Assembly: GCF_964355755.1 (NCBI RefSeq)
Contig: NC_092679.1
Span: 15,297,432-15,361,431, forward strand
Reading direction: 5' to 3'
DNA from: Antedon mediterranea
Lineage: Eukaryota; Animalia; Echinodermata
Length of the DNA stretch: 64,000 nt
Shown: positions 53,413 through 64,000 of the stretch, in pieces
Numbering within the stretch: position 1 is the first letter of the stretch
Layout of the letters: every line of letters starts with the position of its first letter
Notes under the pieces: model-generated
Told to the model about the DNA's origin: nothing
The model's input: the letters and a program-made list of their open reading frames with translations, nothing else
Databases searched by the model: none
Program-made: the position numbers and the translations under genes

Positions 53413-56400
53413 TTAATCTTTGATAGCTTTGTAAGATTTAATCACGTGTTTAGTTAAGTTCTCATCTTCAGAGCGTTTCTGTTCTTTTGCTTTCCCAAAT
53501 AAAAGGAAGATTACCATCCCAATGAGTGCTACTCCAGCAGTTATCTTGAACATCAGAGACCATTGCTTGAATGTATTCTGGAAGTAGGTTGATTTTAACA
53601 TGGGATAGTAATAAACTAGACATTTGGGTTCCGTATAGAAAAAGTGAGAGAATGTATGTCTCACTGACTTTCATGTTATTAAAAAATGGTAAAATGCCCT
53701 ATTGCATAACATCGGCAGCAACTTGTTCTTATTTAACTTCTATACTTTAAGTATACATCTGTATCAAAGAGGTGTCGTTGATGTTTTTTGCCAACATTTT
53801 AAATAAAAATATAAGCTAACACTTTAATGTAAGATTAAATGAATGTATTTTACCATGTTTAATTAGTTATCCGCTTAGTAGCGGATAACTCCTTGTAATC
53901 GTCCTGGATCTTTTTTTTTTTCCTTATTGGTTATCCGCCTCAAGCGGATAACCTTTGTTATTGTAGTGTTACTTTTTTTTTTTTTTTTTTTTTTTATTAT
54001 TCTTCTTTCTTTCTCGGATTTTGTGCACGCGTTTTCTCTTTAACGTGTTAACATAACATGTTGTAACTTCGTCAACATATAGACATTTAACTGAAGATGT
54101 ACTGCCAAGCTTTTTGACAATGTCAGATCCGCGTAGCGTAAGTTACGCGCGATTTTCTGAAAATCTTAAATCGGTCTTAACTTCGAAACCGATAAATATT
54201 TTTTAACGAAATTTTCAGCCACGTTTTCTTCACATCAATGGCTAACTTTTGGAATGTTTAACAAATTTTTGGAGATTAGAAAGTTTTCGCGTAAATTGCG
54301 TTTGAAATATTTTACTCTTCTTATTTTGTGCACGCTGTTTCTCTTCAACGTGTAAACATAATATGTTGTAACTTGTTGAGCATTTAGACATTTTACTGAA
54401 GTTGTCCAGCCAAGCTTTTTGACGATGTCAGAGCCTCGTAGCGTAAGTTACGCGTGATTTTCTGAAAATCTTAAATTGGTTATAACTTCGACACAAATGA
54501 ATATTTTTTAACGTCATTTTCAGCCACGTTTGCTTCACATCAATAGTTAACTTTTTTAACGCTACCGCAATTTGTAACATTAAAAAGTGCGCGCGTAAAT
54601 GGCGTTTGAAATTTTAAAATGCTTCAAATCAATTTCTGATTAAATTAGAGCACGATTCAGGTCATTTTAAGCGTTTAAAAAATTGCCACTGGTGCGCACA
54701 TTTTTACGCGCGCACGGCGCAGGGAACACGTATAAACATTTTTTTTACACGATTTGTGTTTTTAAATCTTCGGTTAACAATTTTACGTTATTTTATTCAC
54801 TTTTCAACTTGAAATGGCGTTCTACGAGCACGTTAAACATGACAGGTTGCGCACGAAAACGTCAACAAATTGTGAAAATGTTGCAAAATATGTCTACTTT
54901 TAAAAATGAAACAGTTCATCAGAATGCAAGGTTACCCCCATTTTTTATTTTATTTTCTTGCAGTGTATTAATCATAGGTCTAATTTATTATAGTCTTGAA
55001 TGTTAAAAAGTGTTTGATGGCTACATTATTTGCATATTAAATGTAATTTTTGAAATAATTAACAACAAACAAACATAAACATATTCAAAGAGTAAAACAA
55101 TAAACATAATGTTTATCTTTTTTCTTTACATGTTAATATATAAAACTTGAAAGTATGCACTTTCATAATATATCAGTGTTTAAAATTTGTGAAGATTTCA
55201 TCATAGTAAAAATTATGATTTAAGTTCGATATGTAATAATCAACTTGCATCGAGCGGGTTCACGACATACCGAATGAACGAGGACTCTTTCTTCGGATTT
55301 TCTTCAGCAGGTGCTCATATGGCTCGATGTGTAGTGCAACCGACTTCGGTGTCAGAGGTACCGGGTTCGAATCCCATCACGGAAAAACAATTAAAAAAAG
55401 GATTTGTTTGGTTATTACACTGAAATGGCAGTTTTAATTTTGAATAGGCTACTTCTTGGAAAAGTCACAACTGAAAAGTACTTGAATGCGCAAGATACGT
55501 TTTGTTGCGGGCGGATAACCAAACTCGTCCTCAAGTGACGAGTTTAAGATCTAGTATTATTCTTCTTTCTTTCTCCTCCATTTTTGTGTCTCGCGTATCT
55601 CAAAAACTTGTAAACATAACATTTCATAACTTTGTCAACATATGGGCATTTACGTGAAGTTGTGCACCTCCTATTTTGAATGACGTCAGAGTTGCGCAAC
55701 GTGACTTACGTGCGATTTTAAGATTTTTTATGATTGATCATAGGCTAAAAACCAAGCATAATTTTATTTTGACACTTTGTGAAAATTTAAGTCATATCAA
55801 GGGCGAACTTTTTGTGGATTAAAAATGCCATGTTTTACAAGACGTTACGCGCGCACGCGCATTTCTCCTCTATTTTTGTGTCTCGCTTATATAAAAAATG
55901 TGTAAACATAACATTTCATAACTTTGTCAACATATGGGCATTCACGTGAAGTTGTGCACCTATTATTGTGAATGACGTCAGAAATGCGTAACGTGACTTA
56001 CGCGTGATTTTATGAATTTCCCGTATTCAACATAGATTGAAAACCATATAACTATGTAAGTTGAAACTTAGCAAAAGTTTAATTTATATTTTGCGCTAAC
56101 TTTTTGTGCACTAAAAATGGCATTTTTTAAACGAAGTTACGCGCGCACGCGCATTTAAAATTTAAAATGCGCAAAATTAATTTCTAATCAACTTTCTACG
56201 CTGATCCTGACATTTTGAGCTTGTCAAAAATTCCCACGCGCGCGAACACTTTTACGCGCGTGGTCCGCACGTAGCGCTAAAAACATCTTTTTTAGCGTGA
56301 ATTATGTCTTTCCAGCCTTTTATAGTAATTTTATCAAATTTTAAAACAATTTAGACTTAAAATTACGTCATCCGAGCACGTCGAATTATACAATTTGTGC

Positions 56401-57744
56401 GTGTTTTTAAAGAAAAAATTCAAAAATTCGTCAAAATTATGCCTATTTTTAAACAGTCATAGATTCTAAACTACATGGAGAACTTTTTTTTACTTACATA
56501 TTCTGGAAGGTGATGAGTTGTAGATATCGGATCATTAATCAATATGGCTAACCGGACATTGTGACATCATCGTATGGCCACACGAATGTAAAATATAGGA
56601 TTTTTGTCTGTTTCGTTATTGCTCATCACATTAAATGGAGCGCATCTCCACTTATTCGTTGTTCATTTTCACCCCGATTTCAATATATTCTAGGTCAATC
56701 AACTATCTTTTGCATGAATTAAAAATTTTTTAATTTTTTTAACGTCATCATGCCTAAAAATTTAAATTACGTTGGTCATTAATTTCATCTTTACAGTAAA
56801 TTTTAATATGTTATAGCTCGTAAGAATAAAATGTGATAATCATGATTAAACGTTTTCAGGAAGCTATTGTATTGTAGATACAAAATCATGTGTAAATTGT
56901 GCCAATCGAATGTTGTGACGTCATCATATGGCCAGTTAAATAAAAAAAGTCGTATTTTCATCTTTTGCGTTATATTTCATTACATTTAAAAGAGCGCGCA
57001 TCAATATTTCACGTATTCAAATTTCTTCTACACGTTAATATGTTGTTGCTGAGATAATTTCATTCTGAAATTTCTACTTTTGCATTTCATTTTGAAACCG
57101 TCAAGATGTTAAAAATTACAATAAAATACGGGTCCCGTAATTTCACCTATTTTACACTGTTTGTGATATGTATACAGATTGTACTGTGTATACTATATGA
57201 CACAAAATAACAGAATTCAGAATTAACAACATATCATATTCTTCAGTTCAGGTCATAATGCCTTAATATTTTTCTGTGTGCAATATTCTAACGTATGACG
57301 TGCACGTGGCGTTTGTCGAGCGGATAACTAACTCGTCAAAGTGACGAGTTTCATGTCTAGTTAAGCTTGGTTCTCACTTGGATGCAACAACACCGTAGGC
57401 GCAACGTAAGTCAATTGACCAATCACATGCGACAGTTCGGATCACGAATAAAGCTTTAATTTGTTTAGATATAGATCCTAAAATGTTGGATGCTATCAAT
57501 ACTTACATTGTCTATGCTCCTAACAATCAATGGACCGATAAAGCAGGCGGGGCATGCCAGTGATGTCACACTCCCAGCGATAACCCCTGAATGACCTTTA
57601 GATATTTCCATTATATTCGGAATGACACTTGATGTGTAAAATCCAAGAAAACTATAAATGCTACAGTAAGAAAAACCACTGAGGTCGCTGGGCTGTGTTC
57701 GACAAAGCAAATACAAATCAGACACAAAGAAGGTATTCCCAAAG
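53413..57744 (-). pseudogene. SLC17/sialin-like MFS anion transporter, last exons, with frameshift
   Basis: Exon 57744-57507 (LGIPSLCLICICFV...VVFLTVA / YSFLGFYTSSVIPNIMEISKGHSGVIAG...FIGPLIV) needs a frame change near 57657. Exon 53577-53413 reads NTFKQWSLMFKITAGVALIGMVIFLLFGKAKEQ. Upstream exons not found. Confidence 0.7.
53863..57362 (-). mobile_element. two nested Helentron-like (HINE) elements; inner copy about 53927-55555
   Basis: Each has a GTTATCCGC-loop-GCGGATAAC hairpin at one end and GCGGATAAC...ACTCGTC/GACGAGT...CTAGT at the other. Internal tandem repeats of roughly 300 bp. Confidence 0.75.
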
Positions 57745-59781
57745 CTAAATAGAATAGAAACACAAAATTAATAAAACAAAAAAAAATTGCTCAGTGGTTT
57801 GAAATAAGGTTTATTGGGTAAGACACAATTAACGAATTTCACGTCATAACATATCTTTGATCTATGTTGTACGATTGGATACATAAATTGATAGTAAATG
57901 CGACGAATAATGGAAATTTTACAAATTTTAAAACCGAGCACTGTGGAATAAATCTGCTTTAAGTTCTGTAACCTTATGTGATGTGCCCATATGGACATGA
58001 TGCCATATCACTACCATAATATTTGAGCATATCACTACCATATTTGGGCACACCACACTAGTTTGACAGTGTGGACAGAGCTTTAGAACATTTAGTACAC
58101 TACACAAAATATCTTGGATTTGTGGATCATGGAAAACTGAACAAATGTCCTCTCGATTGATAATAAAATGTCATGCATGCGTTTATAAAAAAAAATGATT
58201 ATGTCTTCCTTTTCCAAAAGATTATCAAAATTCTTTATAATAACAAAACTCTGATGTCTTCGACGATGTACTTGTTCTCTGCGAACCATATAAAGCTTGT
58301 GTTTCTACTAGGACACAACGCAATGACGTAGACGCAACGTATCGACGAAAAGTGCCGTAAGAACATAACCGTGCGTGTCGGAAACCGCGACTTAACAGTG
58401 GTGCCGTAGACGTATATAAGTGAAGTGGAATCTAGTTCCGAAAAACTAGGGATTTATATTTATTTATATTACATTTCGTTGTTTCGTACCCATATTGTGT
58501 ATTACATTTCTAATTGTACTGTATCACAATTAATCATCATTTTATGAATATTTAAGGATTTCGACTTACCGATTTCATACAAGAACTAGAAAGCCACTCC
58601 GAGAGGGCATACCTCCGCCTACTGTAAAATTCTCCTACATAAGATTTCTCCGGTAAAAAATATATATATATATATTTGTGTGTGTCTTAATGCTGTTTGT
58701 GATTTAGGCTAATTTCATTATAAGCATGTGTATGCGAGTTTGGTGTAATGGTTATGTAACAAGCCTTTCAGTTAACAATAGCTTCAGTTGACTAACAATA
58801 GAACAGCAACGCGAAAATCAAACGAGTGAATTTGAAAAGAAATAGGTTTTTTAAACTACTCGCATCAAAAAATGAGCACATTAAATCTAATTATGTTTTA
58901 AAATTACAAATCACAAATTATAACTCTTGCCTCTTGTTAAAAAATGTTAACGTTTTTTGGACAAGTAGTTCTCGAGAAAATGCAATTTCAGTTTACAATT
59001 GTTACTTTAAGACTGCTCGCCGGCTTTTGAAAAATTCTGTCCTATCTTTTAACACTAGCAGGTCTAAAAAAGTATACTAAAAAGTGGTCCAGAATTGGGT
59101 CTGTGGTCCCAAAAGGTCCCAAAATTTAATGGAATGGTCCTTGACCACATATCTATCTGTCTATTCATTTTGGTAAAGATCTTGTAATTAATTTTTGAGT
59201 AATCCTGCTAACAAACAAACAAACAAATGAAAGCACTCAGAAACTGAGTGAAGTACTTGGCAAAATATATCCACTGACTCGGAGCATGTTGAAAGATAAT
59301 TTGTTTTGCTTTAGGTATTAGCTTTACATTGTTAAAATCCTGCTGGGGTTAATAACTTGTTTAAATAATTTTTGGATACAAACAACTCCGGCATTGCAAT
59401 AATGATCTTTCTAAAATCAAGATTGACCAGAATAATGATCGAAGAGTGTCTTGAAGCTATGCCGATTTGCGGCGCCTCTGCCTTAACCCATGTAGTAAGC
59501 TTAACCGGTTGACCAGTCGACTAATGTTTTGGTCCATATCAGAGAATATGTCCACGTTAAAAGAAGACAGAATGCGTGCTATTTAATATTTCGTACGAAA
59601 GATAAGCTTTTGTGACAAACAATATATCAATTTACCTGAAAATCAATAGGCTTGTTCTGTAAGTATATACCTATGTACAGAATGAAATAAGGAAGGACAC
59701 ACACTGGTATTAACAAAACTAATTATCAACTATTACATAAAATTTCTTTTTGAACAACCAAAAATAGTATAAGCGAACTTA

Positions 59782-59820
59782 CAGTACGTTTCGAAACCTA
59801 TCAGGTTTCATTCTCAACTG
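59782..59820 (-). ncRNA. minimal variant hammerhead motif (inverted pLTR copy)
   Basis: Exact reverse complement of 60865-60903. Confidence 0.55.
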
Positions 59821-59915
59821 GCGTTTCATCGTCTAGCGTTGTTAATCCCATGACGGCGATGAGTTGGTATAGCGCCACCAATAGGTCCAAAAGGACGTGC
59901 CCCCTTCTCCAATAG

Positions 59916-60884
59916 TTGATCATAAACAACACCATTCCTTTTTTGGACATTCTCATAACACTACAAAGCAACCGATCATTAACAACTTCAGTCTACAGAA
60001 AACCGACACACACAGATCAGTATTTAAATTTCAAGTCAAATCACCCATTACAACACAAACTCAGTGTTATTAATACGCTTGTGGACAGATGTGAAAACAT
60101 AGTTTCAACACCTGAAGGACAGAAACAGGAAATGGACCACATCAGACAGGCTTTGAAGAAATGCGACTACCCAGATTGGACATTCAAGAAGGTAGAAAAA
60201 CAACGACTCCAAAAACAGCAACGACAGCTTGATCAAAATCGCAGCAAAGGTACAACATCTACTAAAGAAAAGTCACGTTGTAACATCGGAATCACATACA
60301 CAAAAGGTCTGTCTGAACGCATAAAAAGAGTATTCAACCAACATCAAATTGACACCTTTTTCATCCCATCTAATAAGATCAGGCAAAACCTCGTTCATCC
60401 GAAAGACCGCATCGAAAAAGACCAAGTATGCGGTTGCATCTACAAACTACAATGTTTGAACTGTCCACAAGCTTACATAGGGGAAACAGGGAGGGCTTTA
60501 AAAACACGCATAAAAGAACATCGCACAGACACAGAAAACAACACGGGAGGGATTTTAACCAGGGCTCAAAGATCGTCTACATCATCAATCATACATAAAT
60601 CTGCAATAACAGATCATGCACTACAACACAATCACCTCATTGATTGGAACGCTGCTATCCTTGAGAAAGAATGCAACACTCAAAAAAGGCAAATAAAAGA
60701 GTCGATCAACATCAGAAAACATGGAAAAATCATGAACAGAGATGAAGGAGCCCACGAATTGCCACACAACTATTGGAGAAGGGGGAACGTCCTTTTGGAC
60801 CTATTGGTGGCGCTATACCAACTCATCGTCGTCATGGGATTAACAACGCTAGACGATGAAACGCCAGTTGAGAATGAAACCTGA
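59916..60884 (+). CDS. PLE polyprotein C-terminal part: RT thumb plus GIY-YIG endonuclease (truncated)
   Basis: IPFLDI...VYRKPTHTDQYLNF.S.HP and GCIYKLQCLNCPQAYIGETGR.LKTRIKEH...SAITDH...H.IDW...KESI.I...MNRDEG. Confidence 0.9.
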   Translation: MIINNTIPFLDILITLQSNRSLTTSVYRKPTHTDQYLNFKSNHPLQHKLSVINTLVDRCENIVSTPEGQKQEMDHIRQALKKCDYPDWTFKKVEKQRLQKQQRQLDQNRSKGTTSTKEKSRCNIGITYTKGLSERIKRVFNQHQIDTFFIPSNKIRQNLVHPKDRIEKDQVCGCIYKLQCLNCPQAYIGETGRALKTRIKEHRTDTENNTGGILTRAQRSSTSSIIHKSAITDHALQHNHLIDWNAAILEKECNTQKRQIKESINIRKHGKIMNRDEGAHELPHNYWRRGNVLLDLLVALYQLIVVMGLTTLDDETPVENET

Positions 60885-60903
60885 TAGGTTTCGAAACGTA
60901 CTG
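60865..60903 (+). ncRNA. minimal variant hammerhead motif in pLTR
   Basis: CAG-TTGAGAA-T-GAAACC(TGATA)GGTTTC-GAAA-CG-TA-CTG: U3/A8 core variant, 6-bp stem II, palindromic ACGT in place of stem III. Confidence 0.6.
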
Positions 60904-62221
60904 TAAGTTCGCTTATACTATTTTTGGTTGTTCAAAAAGAAATTTTATGTAATACCTATTCCACAAGCAGATGAAATTCTTCCAACAATAATTATCAACT
61001 AACAATAGTTTAATTTGAATAACAATAGAACAGCAACGCCTAAAACAAACGGGTGAATTTAAAAAGAAACAGGTTTTTTAAAACTACTCGTATGAAAAAG
61101 CCGGTACATTGAATCAACTTTTGTTTTAAAATTACAAATCACAAATTATAACCCTTGCCTCTTGTCCAAAAATGAGGTTTTTTGGACAAGTAGTTCTCGA
61201 GAAAATGTAATTTCAGTTTACGTGTTACTTTAAAACTGCTCACCGGCTTTTGAAAATTGTCTCCTATCTTTTAACACTAGCCGGTCTGAAAATAATATCA
61301 TTTTTGTTATTTGTGAAGTTATTAATAAACCAATTCTGTTGGTTTTCAATAGGCATGGTCTGAACGTATATACCTATCTACACCCTAAAATTGAGAACGA
61401 TAACTTAAAAACTGTAGGCGCTATCGTGCTAACAAACAAACAAACATACAAACATACAAACTAGCCTTCGCGCATAGCGCGATACTTGGCCAAATCAAAA
61501 TTGGCCTCCTGAATTGACCCAATTTTCACCAAAAGTGTGTGTCTTATGCTGTGTGATTTAGGCTAATTTCACTTCAATCATGTGTATACGAGTTTGGTGT
61601 ACAGGTTATGTATCCAGCCTTTCAACGAACAATAGCTTCAGTCGGCTAACAATAGAACAGCAACGCGACAAACACACATGTGAATTTGAAAAGAAATAGT
61701 CATATATACTTTATTGTCCATTTAAAAAACAGAAATGTGATTTGAAAACTGGCAAAATACAAAAATATAAAATACAATTTACAAAAACACACACAAAAAG
61801 TTAAGAGGCTAAAAATGGTTAAAATTAGATAAAAATTATCGGTTACATTTTACCTTTAGGTTTTGTAAACTACTCGCATCAAAAAACCTCTATATTAAAT
61901 CTAATTCAGTTTTAAAATTACAAATCACAAATTATACCTCTTGCCTCTTGTACAAAAATGAAGTTTTTTGGAGAAGTAGTTCTCGAGAAAATGCGATTTT
62001 AGTTTACTTGTTAATTTAAGACTGCTCGCCGGCTTTTGATAATTCTGTCCTATCTTTTAACACTAGCAGGTCTGAAAATAATTTTTAAAAGTGGTTCCGA
62101 ATTGGGACCGTGGTCCAGATTTTAACAAAAATTGGGCAGTGTCGTCCTTGCACCAGGTGACATGTATGGTAGAGTGATGACAAACAAACAAACACACACA
62201 CACACCCACACAAACCGCACC

Positions 62222-62386
62222 GATCAACATACTTGGCCAATTTTCAATTTGGCCAAGTAACAAACAAACACACAAACCAAACAGATCAAAATACTTGGCC
62301 AATTTTCAATTTGGCCAAGTAACAAACACACACACAAACCAAACAGATCAACATACTTGGCCAATTTTCAATTTGGCCAAGTAACA
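62222..62386 (+). repeat. tandem units of about 61 bp, each with a 10-bp hairpin
   Basis: GATCAACATACTTGGCCAATTTTCAATTTGGCCAAGTAACAAAC... occurs three times. Confidence 0.85.
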
Positions 62387-62701
62387 AAGTAAATACTATA
62401 CTTGGCAAAATTCTTTTTGCCAAGTAACAAACACACGCTACCGATTACATATACCTCCTTGGCGAAGGTAAATAATGAAAAGCGAAAACAGAATGTTAAT
62501 TTGTATATACAGTATAAATATTTGTTGTTTGATTCAAACATGTACTACAAATGGAGAGAGGCATTATATATACCAATAGATAAAAGTTTTGGTTCTCTCT
62601 CCTTCATCTTTTTTTGTGTGTAATGTGTTATACCATATGGACAATTGTCTGAAATAAAAGTTGAATTGAATTAATCGTGGTTCTAAAATGACATGTTGAG
62701 C

Positions 62702-62880
62702 GATCAAATGGTTTATCTGTGGCTGCGACACGATCAATTCCACGCTCCTTGAGGACACCGCGCGCTGTGGAGAATATGTACAATATGGCATTTGTCGCAG
62801 CCAGACATAAGATCTAATGACTGTTACGAGTTCCTATCTTGGCAAGGAGAGTTTAATGTCCTGGTGTTAGATTGCCTTGC
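62702..62880 (+). repeat. unclassified fold-back repeat, copy 2
   Basis: Homologous to 41797-42006. Perfect internal stem TGGCTGCGACA/TGTCGCAGCCA. Confidence 0.75.
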
Positions 62881-63542
62881 TTAAAGCGTTTATTGTGTTG
62901 TTTATCGTCACCTGGACCTAACATTCACCCTAACAATAGGTGACGTAATACATGACGTTTTCTGTTAGAAAACTCATTATAATACAGGTGGAATTACGTC
63001 CATAACGAGTCTCATTTATACAAGCATTGTTAGCTGTGTAATTGGTATATATATAGGGTTAACTGTCGGCATATGTATCCTATTGGCTGACCTTTTGTAG
63101 CCAATTACTGAACTCCTGAAATATAGAGAGACTGCACCAGACTGTATTACTGTAAATCCTCGCTATTTATTTCCAAATATCGAGGTTCCAATAGCAAACA
63201 AGGTAAGATCATTATAATTACATTCTGTATATTTACAGTACTTGACGTGGTTTATTGGGGAAAAGCCAATGAGTCAAGTCAATGTAGTCACTCTTTCTAG
63301 TTTCTGGTAATAACGAAGTTCATATGTTATTTTGGCAGTAACTTCAAACTTCTAACGTGACCGACATACCTGTAATACATTAGGATAGTGAGACTTATTT
63401 GATAAGTTGGGTATATTATTTACTATTCCCAGTATATAGGCCTATATATTGTGTAGTACATTATGATCTACATCTTATATTGTTGAAATTGTAATTGACT
63501 GTTGATGGTCTTTCCGTTTGTTTTATAGACAATATTGTTTTG

Positions 63543-63642
63543 ATGCTCAACCTACGGAAGTGCAAAATAAGATATAGAAACAAAACCCTACATCAACTAT
63601 TCTTATTGATGTTAACAGGAATATGCGTTTCATCCTATTCTG
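63543..63642 (+). CDS. first coding exon (signal peptide-like) of a gene continuing past the window; possibly a third receptor paralog
   Basis: Acceptor TTTTATAG at 63528, MLNLRKCKIRYRNKTLHQLFLLMLTGICVSSYS, phase-1 donor GTAAGT. Upstream non-coding exon donor at 63203 with TATA/CCAAT motifs near 63040-63105. Confidence 0.55.
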
Positions 63643-64000
63643 GTAAGTACCATAGATAAATTATAACTGCTAGAGGGTGAACTAAACGACAGCGAGTACT
63701 GCGAACAGAACATGGAATCCTAAAAATGGCCGCCGTGTATATGTTCAAAGTATTTAGTATAACAATAATGATCTAAAATATTATGAAGAGGCACATATTT
63801 TACAGTTTTTAAATAAAATTAACTCATTGTAATCTGGTATATCTTTATTGTCCCGAACACGCTACAGGGACTGTTTATCACCATCGCATTCAACACTAGC
63901 TTTTTTTTCATCCGTGAAACGTTTTTTTTTCGTACACAAAATGTTTAGAAAGTACTATTAAACGGTCGTTTAATAGTGCGTACTATTGCACGCCATATGA

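Larger units (their letters stand above)
59731..60988 (+). mobile_element. 5'-truncated Penelope-like retroelement (Penelope/Poseidon type) with inverted pseudo-LTRs
   Basis: 188-bp inverted repeats at 59731-59918 and 60767-60954 (two mismatches seen). Probable TSD TAATTATCAACTA at 59720-59732 and 60989-61001. Confidence 0.92.
58583..62471 (+). mobile_element. three-level nest of HINE/DINE-like elements
   Basis: Starts at 58583 (ACTAG..ATACCTCCGCC), about 59230 (..TACTTGGCAAAA) and 61459 (ACTAG..ATACTTGGCCAA). The matching 3' hairpins appear in reverse order at about 62230-62385, 62399-62428 and 62451-62470. Confidence 0.75.

Noticed and set aside
54683-55006. 107-aa ORF and similar short ORFs within repeats (3383, 40087, 58826, 62063)
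   Set aside because: They lie inside non-autonomous repeats or microsatellites and show no transposase or other domain motifs.
59230-59710. Possible missing SLC17 exon or captured gene inside the HINE nest
   Set aside because: The minus-strand frames I translated gave no transporter-like or recognisable peptide. Treated as element-internal sequence.
62222-62430. Palindromic repeats with short spacers resembling a CRISPR array
   Set aside because: The spacers are near-identical CA-rich microsatellite, there are no cas genes, and the context is eukaryotic. These are reiterated HINE 3' hairpins.

Overview
AT-rich eukaryotic (animal) genomic DNA with spliceosomal introns. The gene and repeat content suggests a marine invertebrate, possibly an echinoderm (inference). 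The core gene is a three-exon Msx-like homeobox gene (Msxlx type, minus strand, 23502-32786). It is flanked by two divergently oriented paralogous class-B/adhesion-like 7TM receptors with somatomedin-B and Cys-rich ectodomains, and the first coding exon of a probable third paralog starts near the right edge. Also present are 3' exons of an SLC17-type MFS transporter carrying a frameshift, an orphan coding-like exon, and two clusters of tRNA-Val genes and pseudogenes. Mobile DNA is dense: two Penelope-like elements with hammerhead ribozyme motifs, L2 and L1/Tx1 LINE ends, a Deu/Nin-domain SINE, a solo LTR, TTAA- and TA-flanked MITEs, and nested Helentron-like (DINE/HINE) elements. Main unexplained signals are a strong excess of TAGGCCTA/TAGGCTA/TACWGTA micro-insertions at TA sites, two unidentified structured-RNA-like or fold-back segments, three Val anticodons on one tRNA body with U73, and an RGD/collagen-like insert in one receptor. 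All calls were made by eye, without database searches.
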